From: Octopus vulgaris
Lineage: Eukaryota
DNA: 64,000 nt
Assembly: GCA_951406725.2 (NCBI GenBank)
Contig: OX597833.1
Coordinates: 56,296,001 to 56,360,000, forward strand
Direction of reading: 5' to 3'
The notes under the pieces were generated by a model. The model worked only from the letters and a program-made list of their open reading frames with translations. It made no database searches and had not been told where the DNA came from. Numbering within the stretch: position 1 is the first letter of the stretch; each line of letters starts with the position of its first letter. The position numbers and the translations under genes are program-made. Positions 25,516 to 39,344 of this stretch are shown here, in pieces.

Positions 25516-25959
25516 TACCACCATTAAAAAGCAATAATTTCTTTAAATGCAACAAAGTAAAGGACATGGAAACATAACGAGGACAAATTACAAAAATGGT
25601 CAAGGTTTATGCATAATAAATTATGAAAAGCAAAAGTATACTAAGAGAATGAATTGAAATGTCCCAACAGGGAAGGGGGTCAGTCAATGAAGGGTCAATG
25701 AAGGAACCCACACATCCAGGATTAGATTGACACATACCTTCTCCCAGTGGTAATAGCAAAGGTTTTACAATTTTCTCTCTCCTATCAGATACTCTGACAC
25801 AATCCCAGTGCATCGAAGATGCCATCTCAAGCACCCACTAGTATTAAAAAGTTCTGCCACTTTGCATCATTTGGAGCATAAACAATTACAAGTATAAAGA
25901 CAACACCTTTGTTGTGTGTGTACCAACTTAACCAAAAATCCATGTCTCACTGATGGCTT

Positions 25960-26362
25960 CCACAAAATTTTTGAGAAAAATTTTCAAATATTTTTCAAAA
26001 ATTTTTGGGAAGAATTTTCAAAAACTTTTTCAAAAGTTTTTGAGGAAAATTTTCAAAAAATTTTCCAAAAATTTTGGGGAAAATTTTCAAAACATTTTTC
26101 AAAACTTTTTGGCAAAAATTTTCGTAAATTTCTGGGGAAAATTTTCAAAAATTTTTGAGAAAAATTTTCAAAACTTTTTGGGAAAAATTTTTTTTAATTT
26201 TTGGGGAGAATTTTCAAAAATTTTTTGGAAATTTTCCCCATATAGACCTCCTAGAGAAGGGATGCGTATTATACACAAGGTTTAGGTTTTTCAGTGGTAC
26301 AGCCCCCTAAAAATCTCCAGCGAATTATACTCAAGGGCGTATTATACTCGGAGATTTACGGT
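25960..26362. mobile_element. pogo/Tigger-like element end with internal A-tract/T-tract minisatellite
   Basis: Terminal ...TATACTCGGAGATTTACGGTA and repeated GCGTATTATAC subterminal motifs. 25960-26235 is AAAATTTT(G/C)-periodic. Confidence 0.5.
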
Positions 26363-26592
26363 AAAACGACAGGAGGTGCTAACTTGGTGATTTGAACCCA
26401 AACGTTATTTGTTCTTAAACAATACTATTTTCAAATTGTATATGCCTAATCCTTCTCCCAAATATTTTTAAGCGCCTAAAATCGTACTTAAGACATCGAT
26501 TGAGTGATGATCTTTAAATGACCGTTTTCGTTATATTTGGAAGAGCACAAATTACAAAAGTACAGATTTTGTAAGTGGAATGGGGAATAGAA

Positions 26593-26862
<270 letters not shown>

Positions 26863-27302
26863 TACACAGAGAGAGACAGACAGAGACACAGACACGGAGA
26901 AGGGATGAGAGAGAGAGAGAACGTATGTGTGTTATATATAAAGAGAGGGAGATAGGGATGGAGGGAGAGAGAAAGGAGAAGAGAGAGAGAGAGAGAGAGA
27001 GCAGCAGCATTCATGGCATGCCAATAAGTCGCTATGATGACGATTTTGCACGTAAACTCCAAAACTGTCCCTTAATTATTTGAAACCTGCATGAGACAAG
27101 AGAGGAAATATGTTGGTGGTCAGATGTACTGTCAACAACGGACACAGGTTTATGCAAACAAAACGTGTCTTCTTCATGGACGGTAGCATCTTCGTCAAAT
27201 TTCACCTTTGAGCTTGTTCGGATGACTTCTTTGGAACAGGAAGGTTTATATTTAGATCCAAAAACAAAATCTATACGCTGATATTCGCAAATGCGTTTAT
27301 GC

Positions 27303-27840
27303 CCACACACACACACACACATACACACACGCGCACATACACGCACACACACACATACTCTCACACACACATACACACACTCTCTCTCTCACACACACAC
27401 ATACACTCTCTCTCACACACACATACACATTCTCTCTCACACACACACATACACATATACTCTCACACACACATACACACTCTCTCACACACACATACAC
27501 GCACGCACATACACACATACTCTCACACACACATACACACTCTCTCACACACACACATTCTCTCTCACACACACATACACGCACACACATACTCTCACAC
27601 ACACATACACACTCTCTCACACACACACATACACGCACGCACACACATACATACACACACATACTCTCACACACATACACACTCTCTCACACACATATAC
27701 ACACTCTCTCACACACACACACACGCACGCACACACATACTCTCACACACACACATACACAAACACACACACATACACACACCCACACACATACACAAAC
27801 ACACATACATACACACACATACACAAACATACACACATGC
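27303..27840. repeat. Degenerate (CA)n/(CT)n microsatellite
   Basis: Read directly from the sequence. Confidence 0.95.
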
Positions 27841-28157
27841 ACATTTCTTTATAACCTCACACCTATATGAATATGTTAAGGTGCTTGCGAGTAAGCGGTT
27901 ATAATCTATTTAGGTGGCATAATCACAGATGACAGGTGAAATAGCTAAACATAGATTTGTGTATGTATCGGAAGAGAGTGGATGGGAAAGAAATGCTGGT
28001 AAATGTTTGGATAAAATGCTGACACCAACCCCATTCCTCAAAAAAAAACTAATTGTCCCTTTTTGGCGATTTGTCACGATTTAAATTGCCAAGAGCCTAG
28101 TGAAAGGACTGCAGATAGTCATTGCTTCTCCAGACATTGAAACCTTAAGAGCTCGGC

Positions 28158-28485
28158 ATGTCTTTAACAACGATTCTCTTCACAGCTTTGCTGGGAACTT
28201 GGCAGACAAGGTCTGCGACGTCTTTGGGAGCGAACGATATCAGTAAGATAATCCATGGAGTAGATTTCAGAGAATCCACGAAACCTTTTCTCAAGAAGTT
28301 ACCGTTTCTCCCAATGAGGGTCCAGCTGAATTGTTCTTGCGCACGGGAAATCGAGGAGATCCGAGACCAACTTAAATATGAAGTGTCGCAACGTATTGAA
28401 ATGCTCGGTACCATTGAGTTGTTTATTAGCGAAATATTTAATCTGAAGACCCTTGTCAACTCGAAGGTCGTTTCTTCACCAGTTG
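28158..28485 (+). CDS. C1q-domain-containing protein, exon 1 (signal peptide, CxC, coiled coil)
   Basis: MSLTTILFTALLGTWQTRSA signal peptide, then LNCSCAREIEEIRDQLKYEVSQRIEML heptad-like stretch. Donor G|GTAAGT, phase 1. Confidence 0.75.
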
Positions 28486-28532
28486 GTAAGTAATTTAACG
28501 GTTAAATTTTAACCGATTGTTATTTAAGGCAT

Positions 28533-28947
28533 GGCGATCTTTCGTCTCTAGTAGACCTTTCCGTCGATTTCCAGAAAAAATTTTTTTTTTACATATGGGC
28601 TTGCGGGAACTTTTGAAGTAATATACATACATATACACATACACCGAGTAAAAAATTTCAGTTATCTCTTTCTTTCACACATTACTCTGTCTGTCTCTTC
28701 ACACACACTAACAGAAGCACTTCACTTACACAACATACTGTCTGTCTCCCACACCCCATCAAACACACACACACACACACATGTACATCAATGCTTCCCA
28801 TGCACGGTAACTTCAAAAGAATTTCCCTCGCTTTCTCTTTGTCTCTTTCGCTCTCATTACTTCAAAAGTTCCCGCAAGCCCATATGTAAAAAAAAAAAAA
28901 TTTTTACGGAAATCGACGGAAAGGTCTACTAGAGACGAAAGATTGCC
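28533..28947. mobile_element. MITE with about 90-bp TIRs and 6-bp TSD AGGCAT
   Basis: GGCGATCTTTCGTCTCTAGTAGACC... and ...GGTCTACTAGAGACGAAAGATTGCC, with AGGCAT on both flanks. Partial second copy at about 29105-29337. Confidence 0.85.
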
Positions 28948-29934
28948 AGGCATCATGTCAACCCTAATCAAACAAACCCCTGATCGAAGGATGTGATTGT
29001 CTTAGTTTTTGATGTAAGGCGGCGAGCTGGCAGAAACGTTAGCAAGCCGGGCGAAATGCTTTGTGTTATTTCGTCCGCTGCTGCGTTCCGAGTTCAAATT
29101 CCGCGACATACTGTCTGTCTCCCACACCCCATCAAACACACACACACACACACACACACATGTACATCAATGCTTCACATGCACGGTAACTTCAAAAGAA
29201 CTTCCCTCGTCATACAATCACTTTCTCTTAGTCTCTTTCGCTCTCATTACTTCAAAAGTTCCCGCAAGCCCATATGTAAAAAAAAAAAATTTTTTACGGA
29301 AATCGACGGAAAGGTCTACTAGAGACGAAAGATCGCCAAACATTTTTTTCTCTTGGCTTTCTTGAGAAAATTCTGTAGTTTGTAACATATTTGTTGCTTA
29401 ATTTCTTGCATTTATCAGTATACGAAGTTTAAAATTTTTTAGTTACATAGAAATTATTTTTAAAATCTGCCGGTCAAAGTGAAAAGATCCGAATACAAAA
29501 CTGAAACCTCTAAAATAATATATAAGAAAAGATCCTTGTATTCTTTGATTGAGTTTATGGTCGTAACTTAAATTATCACCTCATGGGCATTATCTCATGT
29601 GACTTCCATTTTTAAGACAGGAAGGTGCGATTTGGGGGAGATTTGGTTGATATTTCTAGCATGTTGAATAACCACGTAGACTCATGGGTAAATTGTAGCC
29701 CGAGGGACTTTCTAAATGGCACGCCTAACGAAAAATTACTTTGAATCGTTTTAGTAGTGCGAGCCATATGATGAGCCGTGTGTCCTGCGCCCCGCTTCTG
29801 GAATAAAGTTTTTCGAGTAATTTATATTGTTTAGCCCCAAATTAACTCTGATCATGTAGAACCTTGATAAAAGGCATTCCAATTCCATATTTTTTTTAAT
29901 CGGATATACAGTATCTTCGATTAATAATCTAAAT

Positions 29935-30377
29935 CAGTGATTCCCAACCTGTGGTCCGCAAAGGTAGTACTGAGAGTCAGTAAACATGTTAAACTGAGAG
30001 ACCTTTTAATATCCTGGGGTCCGTGAGAAACCTCGTTTGGCATCCCTTCGATGTAGCTCGGCAAGGTCGAAACATTTCACTCCAGCTATTTCCGTGGGTT
30101 GTGGAGTATAGATATCACGAAATTACGCCAGCAGTGTCTCATTTTAAACTTGAAGAAAGAAAGCCTTGCATATTTGTTCCTACCCGTTTCATGTGTGTAT
30201 GTAAAATCCGCAAATTTCCAAGCAGAAAACAGAATCGAACTATCGTTTGCTTCCACGGAAATACCCGTGGTTTTGTCGAGTTATATCGAAAGAATGCCCC
30301 TCATTTAAATAAAAGGGTAATGAAAAGGGGTACTTGTATCGCAGAGACAAGTACCATGAAAAGGTTGGAAACCACTG
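29935..30377. mobile_element. hAT (Charlie-like) MITE
   Basis: TIRs CAGTGATTCCCAACCT / AGGTTGGAAACCACTG. 8-bp TSD atctaaat/gtctaaat. Confidence 0.75.
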
Positions 30378-31731
30378 GTCTAAATTGTCATTTTTTTTTT
30401 AAGACCACGGAATGTAATTTGGCTGTTGTTTCTGGTAGGTCGGATAACCATGTAGAAGCTCCCTCGTTTGGTTCGTGTAGTTTTAGGTCTTTTGTCGTGA
30501 CAGGATAAATGCTATTACAATAGACTGGATGAAATATCACTGCCAACGGTTACATGCAGACAATTTACATTTCTGAATAATTGACTAAGATATTCGTTTT
30601 TAGTGTGACTGACTTTTCGTGATCTCAATTTTTGAAATTATTTTTTAGTTCCATTGTAGAGAATATTGCTGCTGAATATGCAACATTTTGGATTAGCATT
30701 TGATTTCTTGATATTAAAGGGAATAGTTTTAAAATGGAATTTCTAAATATCACATATACCTCCGGCAAATGACATTGGTTTAAGCATGATGCATCCTAAG
30801 AAATACGATGCATATAGATGTCTCTTTTACAAGTGACAAGCTAATCTCAACGTGGTTTAACATGGGTTAGTTATACAAGCTCCTTGAGGGATTTTGAGCT
30901 CACAAGGGAGCACTACAAGGTGGGGGTCCTGTGTGTTTAAAGAGATTAAAGTTTTCTGTAGAAATAAAATATTTAATAAACCAAATACAATACTTATTTT
31001 TAAACATGTTTTCAAAATTTAAAAAAAAAGTATCTATTTCTTTACTACCCACAAGGGGCTAAACACAGAGGGGACAAACAAGGACAGACAAACAGATTAA
31101 GTCGATTATATCGACCCCAGTGCGTAACTGGAACTTATTTAATCGACCCCGAAAGGATGAAAGGCAAAGTCGACCTCGGCGGAATTCGAACTCAGAACGT
31201 AACGGCAGACGAAATACCGCTAAGTATATTTAGTCAGGATTAGAACAAGAGCAAGACATTGTGTTATTAGTGAACAGAAACATGACTGATGATGCGCCAA
31301 AGTCTAATATACTTTTGTTATATAAGTCCTGGCCTTTACTAATTTGCATAAACGTCTACCTCAGGTACACTAATCGACATAAATAGCTAAAGAATAATAT
31401 TCTAATGCCCTTTTTTGTAATTTCTTGAGTTCTCTTTCATATTGTTTTAGTTTTCTACTTGTCATGGAGAATTTCTTACTCCATACGTGGTATTTTTGTA
31501 TAATTATATATATATCTACACAACAATTAAATATCTAGTTCGATCTATTTTCACACCACTAGGCGTCGGTCAAACTAATTAAAGACCTGTTTCTTTACTA
31601 CCCACAAGGCTGACATCCCATTCAAGGGTAATGCTGGCCTGCATGCCAAGCTAGCAGGGGGGAAATCATTCAAAAGCTACTACAATGAAAGAAAACACAC
31701 TGTGACCAGTGTTGTAAACAACATTCAATAG

Positions 31732-32315
31732 GCGGCGAGCTGGTAGAATCGTTAGCACACCGGGGGAAATGCTTAGCAGTATTTCACCTGCGGTTACGTT
31801 CTGAGTTCAAATTCCGCCGAGGTCGACTTTGCCTTTCATCCTTTCGGGGTCGATTAAATAAGTACCAGTTACGCACTGGGGTCGATATAATCGACTTAAT
31901 CCGTTTGTCTGTCCTTGTTTGTCCTCTCTGTGTTTAGCCCCTGGTGGGTAGTAAAGAAATAAGTATTTCACCTGCGGTTACGTTCTGAGTTCAAATTCCG
32001 CCGAGGTCGACTTTGCCTTTCATCCTTTCCGGGTCGATTAAATAAGTACCAGTTACGCACTGGGGTCGATATAATCGACTTAATCCGTTTGTCTGTCCTT
32101 GTTTGTCCTCTCTGTGTTTAGCCCCTGGTGGGTAGTAAAGAAATAAGTATTTCACCTGCGGTTACGTTCTGAGTTCAAATTCCGCCGAGGTCGACTTTGC
32201 CTTTCATCCTTTCGGGGTCGATTAAATAAGTACCAGTTACGCACTGGGGTCGATATAATCGACTTAATCCGTTTGTCCCCTCTGTGTTTAGCCCCTTGTG
32301 GGTAGTAAAGAAATA
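31732..32315 (+). mobile_element. SINE family B trimer (core resembles the MetaSINE domain)
   Basis: Head GGCGGCGAGCTGG..., B-box GAGTTCAAATTCC, core GCCTTTCATCCTTTCGGGGTCGA. Three units with a 184-bp period. Confidence 0.85.
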
Positions 32316-32937
32316 GTAAACAATATTCAATAGTCTGGCTGATACAGTGATTTGTTGAGATACACAACCAGATTTGAATTCTCTAGACGAACATATCTAA
32401 TGAAAAATGGAAAAAGTACTGAGCTATCTCTAAAGAAAGACTGTTTCTCTATCGCTATAGAGAAAAGAGAAGACAGTGGCTTGTCTACAGCTTAATGCCA
32501 GCTAAGGAAACTATTACGTAATAAGTAGATTTGGTTGTTATTTTTTTTATATCTAAGAATTAGCTGGATATCACTTTGAATCACGATCGTCTATGAATCA
32601 TGACATTTACTAAGTTGAGTATTGTCTGGATAATCTTTCATATTGGATACGTTAAGAAAAGCTGGAATTGATTGTCTCTGGTGAAATATATAAACTTGTG
32701 TTATCTACATGGCTGGAGATTTTTCTATTTCTATAATAACTGATAAATAATAGCTGTTGTGTCTGCTGGCTAACTGTAAGCGTACTGACAGCATGTTTAT
32801 TCAATTGCGATCATAAATCTGATGTAGTTACTCGTAGTCTTTGTAAGCCAGTGGAGGTGAGGATAACATTGTTACCAACTAGTAATTTAAAGGGGGGTGG
32901 GCTGGAGAAAGTAGTCCTGTGGGTATTTTTTTCTTAA

Positions 32938-33352
32938 TTCTTTACTGCCCACGAGGGGCTAAACACAGAGGCGACAAACAAGGACAGACAAACGAATTAA
33001 GTCGATTATATCGACTCCAGTGCGTAACTGGTACTTATTTAATCGACTCCGAAAGGATGAAAGGCGAAGTCGACCTCGGCGGAATTTGAACTTAGAACGT
33101 AACGGCAGGCGAAATACCTATTTCTTTACTACCCACAAGGGGCTACACACAGAGGGGGACAAACAAGGACAGACAAACGGGTTAAGTCGATTATATCGAC
33201 CCCAGTGCGTAACTGGTACTTAATTTATCGACCCCGAAAGGATGAAAGGTAAAGTCAACCTCGGCGGAATTTGAACTCAGAACGTAACGGCAGACGAAAT
33301 ACCGCTAAGCATTTCGCCCGGCGTGCTAACGTTTCTGACAGCTTGCCACCTT
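32938..33352 (-). mobile_element. SINE family B dimer
   Basis: Two units with the same junction as the 31732 trimer. Monomers at about 31035-31228(-), 39481-39707(-) and 54157-54390(-). Confidence 0.85.
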
Positions 33353-34607
33353 GGGTATTTTTTTCTGGCAGAGAACAGTAGTGATTAAAATCTTTCATCT
33401 TCTTGTTGCTGCTGTTTAACCCTAGGTCAACCCTTCATAAAACTGACCTTTGATCAGACATTCCAACCATCATCATTATCATCATTATCATCCGGTGTTT
33501 TAAATCCAGGTTTTGCCCGTGTTAATGGGGGTGGCTGGATCTACCTCAGTGCCACAGCAACCGCCCTCACACCATCTTGCCCCTAGACATTATACAAGAC
33601 AGAAGGACGTATTTTGAGATGAGTTTTGCTGTTATTTCTAACAAATTAAGAAGCTGCTTCAAGGCTTCTCTCATCAGTAGAGTCAGGTATGCCAAAAAGA
33701 AAACATTGTGGAAATGATGAGAGAAGCAAAGGTGTAATGCTGGCACCAAAGCTTAGATTTATGAGACATTAATTCCTCTCCACCAAAATCTCACTAGAGA
33801 AACATATCATCTGAGCCAGGACTTGGTCAGCAGAGATCATTCAATAAGCAAAGCCTTTTCTGAAACAAAAGGAAATCTTATTATTTTTTTTATCATTCAT
33901 TAGACTGTGGCCATGCTGGGGCATTGTTTGAAGCAATTTTGGTCAAATGAATCAACCACAGTATTTATTTATTTTTTTAAAGCTTGGTAATTATTCTATC
34001 AGTGTCTTTTGCTGAACTGCTAAGTCACAGAGATGTAAACACACCAACACTGGTTGTCAAGCAGTGGTTGGGGACAAACAAAGACACACATAAATTGTGA
34101 CTAAGGTTTGGTGGAAGATTTGAATTCAAAACTTATGAAAACAAGACATTTGTACTCAGAGCCAGAGCCAGTTTCAGCCAGGTTGGTCACGAAAGGGTTA
34201 AAATGAGTAATTTCTCATGAAACAATGGGAGGTAGGCTGCCATCGAGAGAGTTGTTTAGTTTCTTCTTGTGATCAATGTTTGTTAGCTCTACAATAAAAT
34301 CTGTGGTTAATTTCTGTTTCATTAATTACACATATTAAGGTAAGTTAGTTAGCAGAATCATTAGTGCGTCAGAAAAAATGCTTAGTAGTATTTCTTCTGA
34401 TTCTCTATGTTCTGAGTTCAAATTCTGCTGAAGTCAGCTTTGCCTCTTATTCTTAAGAGTTGGTAAAATAAAGTATCTACTAAGTATTACAATAAATATA
34501 ATTGACTAACAACCTTCTTAAAAAAACAAAAAAAACTCTGCAGGCTTTGTGCCAAAATTTGAAATAATCAACAACCTGTTTTTTCTCTTTTTTTTCTGTA
34601 ATTTCAG

Positions 34608-35041
34608 AACAACCTAATACAATCCAAGCAACAGCAGCCGCAGAATTTGAGGAAATAGCTTTCAGTAGCAGACTTAGTCATCATTTAACAAACTTGAAGC
34701 CAGATCAAATAGTCATTTTTGACCAACTTCTTACAAACATTGGAAGTGCTTATGACCACACAACTGGAATTTTCAATTGCCCCGTATCAGGAACTTACCA
34801 ATTCTTTGTGAAAATCTTGTCGGGTTTCAATGACAAAGTGGAGACTGCACTTATAGTGAACACCATTGAAGTGACCCGACTCTATTCTGGTGCCCAACAT
34901 GCCCACGGGTCCAGCACTGCTCCTGTTATCATCTTGTTGGAAAAGGGGGACCAAGTATTTGTAAAAGCTCTTTATCAGAAATCCAGCCATGTCCATGGTG
35001 TCTACAGTACATTTAGTGGATACCTTCTCAGACCTATCTAA
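34608..35041 (+). CDS. C1q-domain-containing protein, exon 2 (globular C1q domain)
   Basis: Long pyrimidine tract then atttcag|AA, phase 1. Reads IAFSSRL...VIFDQLLTNIGSAYDHTTGIFNCPVSGTYQF...IILLEKGDQVFV...YSTFSGYLL, the classic gC1q motifs. Spliced product 253 aa. Confidence 0.92.
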
Positions 35042-38000
35042 GCCAATCTATTTTCTGGCTTGTCAAGATTAGATTTACATTTTCAGGTCCGCAGTACACA
35101 AACTTCATTTACATTAAAATCACTCATAAACATAGCTTGGTCATAATAGAAGTCCTCTAAAACTTAAACACTCATAGAACAAAAAGTAAGCTTTCGTCTT
35201 GTTAAATCCACATGGCGGTTTCAATCCTTGCTCAAAGCTATTTTGTTTCACTTATGTTGCTATTAATGTCCACAAGAAAAGATTCAGGGTCACAAATTCT
35301 CTTTTCTTGAAACAGGGTTTGGTGCTTGATCAAAGGAAACCTATAGTTTTGAGACTAGTTATTATTAGATAAGCTAGCATGGTCAGATTATAAACTGCTT
35401 CTGTTTTTAGCCCTGCTAAGTTTGAATAGCTTAGCTCCTTGGTCAAACCTGATCAAGTAGATCTATGGTACTTAGGCTGTTGGTTTAATGAATGGTACTA
35501 TCTCCAGATCTTTCGTTCCAGTTGTGATACTTTTCCAAAACCATATCTTAAAGAGAAATACTTTTGAGAGATGACTGAACTCAAAATTTAATTCTACTAC
35601 ATGAAATTTAATGCACTTATAAACTGTGCTACAGTCTTGGTGAAAGGCAAGTTAAAAATTTCCCAAACCAGCTGAGAGGTTAGTAGCTTGTATTGCAACA
35701 GTTATTATACAACTCTCATTTGACCCAATTTTCATAACTGTAAATGGTTGCCTCCGGCTTAAAGCATATCTGACAACACTGTAAAATTAACAGCCATTTT
35801 ACTAGTCTGGGAGGAAACTGGGCACTACCAAGGTGACTTACCAGAGGTATGAACATATTGGATGACCATCCGGCTGCCAATCTCTCATATATAAAATAGA
35901 AATAAAACTAACTGTCACCTAGAGATATTAACTCTTTAGCATTCAGATTTCTCCATCAAGTGTAATGCTAATTTATTCACATTGATATGAATTAGTCATG
36001 CATTACCTTGTAGCTGTAAGATTTCAATGACATGATAATGTATTTTTCGAGTAATATTGCAGGGTAAGTGTGAGAAGCTGGATATGGCTGGTTTAAATGC
36101 TAAAGGGTTAAAGTAAATAGCAAAGACAAAATGGTTTAGTGACAGAAATGATATATGTGAAAGAGATCAGTGATGCTCTGATGAGGTAATTACTCTTTAC
36201 TCTTTTACTTGCTTCAGTCATTTGACTGTGGCCATGCTGGAGCACCGCCTTTAGTCGAGCAAATCGACCCCAGGACTTATTCTTTCTAAGCCTAGTACTT
36301 ATTCTATTGGTCTGTTTTGCTGAACTGCTAAGTTACGGGGAGGTAAACACACCAGCATCGGTTGTCAAGCGATGTTGGGGGCACAAACACAGACACAAAC
36401 ATATACACACATGTACATATATATATATATATATATATGCGATGGGATTCTTTCAGTTTCCATCTACCAAATCCACTCACAAGGCTTTGGTCGGCCTGAA
36501 GCTATAGTAGAAGACAGTTGCCCAAGGTGCCACGCAGTGGGACTGAACCCGGAACCATGTGGTTGGTAAGCAAGCTACTTACCACACAGCCACTCCTACA
36601 CCTATAATTGGTTAAGATAAACTTATATCCAGAAAAGATATAACTTATCTCTTACAAACACAAGTGGAAAATGATTAAAATGGTATAAATAGCAATACAG
36701 AATATGCCATTAGTATTCTAATAAAACCCATACAAAACCAGAGTAAAATATCTTTATATTTCTAGTAAAATGTCTTTTTATACCTTCACAGCATTTATAT
36801 GTAGCCATCATAAGAATGATGAAAATATGTTAAATTAAAAACTTATTCACTCACTGCAAAACAGAATTTACAGTTGGAATATTAGTAGGAATAGTTCACA
36901 TGGTCTTTGTTTACCTTGTGATATTAGAACCTGTGGACTTGAAATTTAAAAACTGTTTTACACCAGTTAAACTGTAACGGATATCAGGAGTTTTAGAAAT
37001 AACAATGTTTATCGTTTCAGGGAATACAGAAATTTTTTTCAACATTTACCTCATTAAACATTTTTGAATCATTATGAAAAATATTTAATAAACTTTTTTT
37101 CAAATTTGCATCAAATTTATAATTTTTAAAATCTTTCTTTTACTTTTTTTCTATTTTTGACAAGAAAACAAAAACATATCAAAGTTATTTCCTTCTACCC
37201 AAACCTAGGGTAAATCTTTGTTAATTAGGAGTTTGATAATAGGCTCTGACATTATTTCTTGTTTCTAAGGTGGCGAGCTGGCAGAATCATTAGCACACCG
37301 GGTGAAATGCTTAGCGGTATTTCTTCTGCCGTTACGTTCTGAGTCGAAATTCCGCCGAGGTCGACTTTGCCTTTCATCCTTTCGGGTTCAATTAAATAAG
37401 TACCAGTTATGCACTAGGGTCGATATAATCGACTTAAACCGTTTGTCCTCTCTGTGTTTAGTCCCTTACTCTTTTACTTGTTTCAGTCCTTTGACTGCAG
37501 CCATGCTGGAGCACTGCCTTTAGTCTTTGTAAGTCCAGTACTTATTCTATCGGTCTCTTTTGCTGAACCACTAAGTGATGGCAACGTAAACACACCAGCA
37601 TCGGTTGTCAAGCAATGCTAAGGTGACAAACACAGACACACAAACATATATATATATATATACATATATACGACGGGCTTCTTACAGTTTCCGTCTACCA
37701 AATCCACTCACAAGGCTTTGGTTGGCCCGAGGCAATAGTAGAAGACACTTGCCCAAGATGCCACGCAGTGGGACTGAACCCAGAACCATGTGGTTGGTAA
37801 GCAAGCTACTTATCACACAGCCACTCCTGCACCTATGGTAGTAAAGAAATAGGCATTTTGTCTGTCTTTACGTTCCGAGTTCAACTTCCACTGAGTTTGA
37901 CTTTGCCTTTTATCCTTTAGGGGGTCGATAAATTAAGTACCAGCTGCATACTGGGGTCGATCTAATCGACAGGCCTCCTCCCCCCAAATTTCAAGCCTTG

Positions 38001-38374
38001 TACCTATGGTAAAAAAGGATTATTTCTATTGTTTCTGAACCTTTTCATAAACACTACATTTTAACACAGTATTTCTTTTGTTCTCTCCTTACAGCTAATT
38101 CCACACACACACACACACATACATATTTGTATATGCACACGAGGGGGTACAAAAAAGTTCCTGGCTTTGGGTTAAATAAAATACAGGAGGATCAGTTATT
38201 TTATTCAACATATTTCCCTCTCAGATTTACACACTTATTGCAGTGGTCCCTCAGTTTTAATAAGCCCTGTAAAAGAACTCCAATGTTTGGGCCTCCAAAC
38301 AGGCCTTTTATGATACCCTTAAAGCCAAGAACTTTTCAGCACCCTCTTCTGTGTGTGTATATATATATATATGT

Positions 38375-38680
38375 GTGGAGGCGCAATGGCCCAGTGGTTA
38401 GGGCGGCGGACTCGCGGTCGTAGGATCGCGGTTTCGATTCCCAGACCAGGTGTTGTGAGTGTTTATTGAGCGAAAATGCCTAAAGCTCCACGAGGCTCCG
38501 GCAGGGGGTGGTGGCGATCCTTGCTGTACTCTTTCGCCACAACTTTCTCTCACTCTTTCTTCTGTTGGCCTGCTCACTTAGCCAGCGGGGTGGCGTCATT
38601 TGAAGGCTAAAACAATGTGAAACGCATTGTGACCAGCGATGTATAGCAACATCTGATAGCCTGGTCGGTCACGGTGGTCA
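38375..38680 (+). mobile_element. tRNA-derived SINE family C
   Basis: GTGGAGGCGCAATGGCCCAGTGGTTAGGGC...GTTTCGATTCCC tRNA-like head. Other copies at 13241-13613(-) and 16320-16624(-), with different 3' tails. Confidence 0.8.
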
Positions 38681-39344
38681 AGTGAAACCAGTTGTCAGCT
38701 AGGTAGATAAAGTAAACACCAAGGACACACAGAAGGATTGCAGTAAATAATGATTAAAAAGAAGACAAACATATTAATCAATAATTTTTTTTTTTTATTT
38801 TACTTTTATTTCAATCAAAATAAATCTTTGAAGGATGTGGGTACAAAGAAAAAGTTCAGACCATTCTTCTGGGTGATTAAAAAGATCTTAAAAAGGTGTT
38901 TGTATCAACACATTTGGATGCCAATTACATTGGTAATTGTTACTCATAGTTTATTGTATCAAACTTGTAATAATAATTTCTAAGTCACAATGTTGGAAAT
39001 TTGGTGATGAACTTTAGTAAAGACCCAGAACAAACATTGCAAGGGTAATTTTACCAATGCACAAACAATTTTGCCAATCAACTGGCTTCATCAAATGTAT
39101 AATGATAATATAGGGGGTCTTTTTATTTATTCATAGAATTTTCAGCTAAGATTTCCTCTCTGCTGGAGAAAACTGAAAGAATGCAAAGCAATTAAAAATT
39201 TTTGCAGATTTTGACAAGGTGTTGAATTAAGGAATCAACTTAGTCAAATATGAACAAAAAAGGGGGCAGTTGCTAAATAGGAATATATATTATATCAAGA
39301 TTATTGATGGAAGACTTTAATTTTTGGCATATTAGTAAAATGTT

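Noticed and set aside
25134-25603. Poly-G/A/D, poly-H, poly-M and poly-S/P ORFs
   Set aside because: Compound trinucleotide microsatellite open in several frames, with no splice or homology support.
28145-28459. 104-aa minus-strand ORF
   Set aside because: Antisense shadow of the C1qDC exon 1.
30023-30508. 161-aa ORF
   Set aside because: Non-ATG start, overlaps a hAT MITE, no recognisable domain.
38378-38452. tRNA-like sequences (also 7722-7795, 13535-13613 and the SINE A/B heads)
   Set aside because: They continue into repeated SINE bodies and lack a clean acceptor stem, so they are SINE heads and not tRNA genes.
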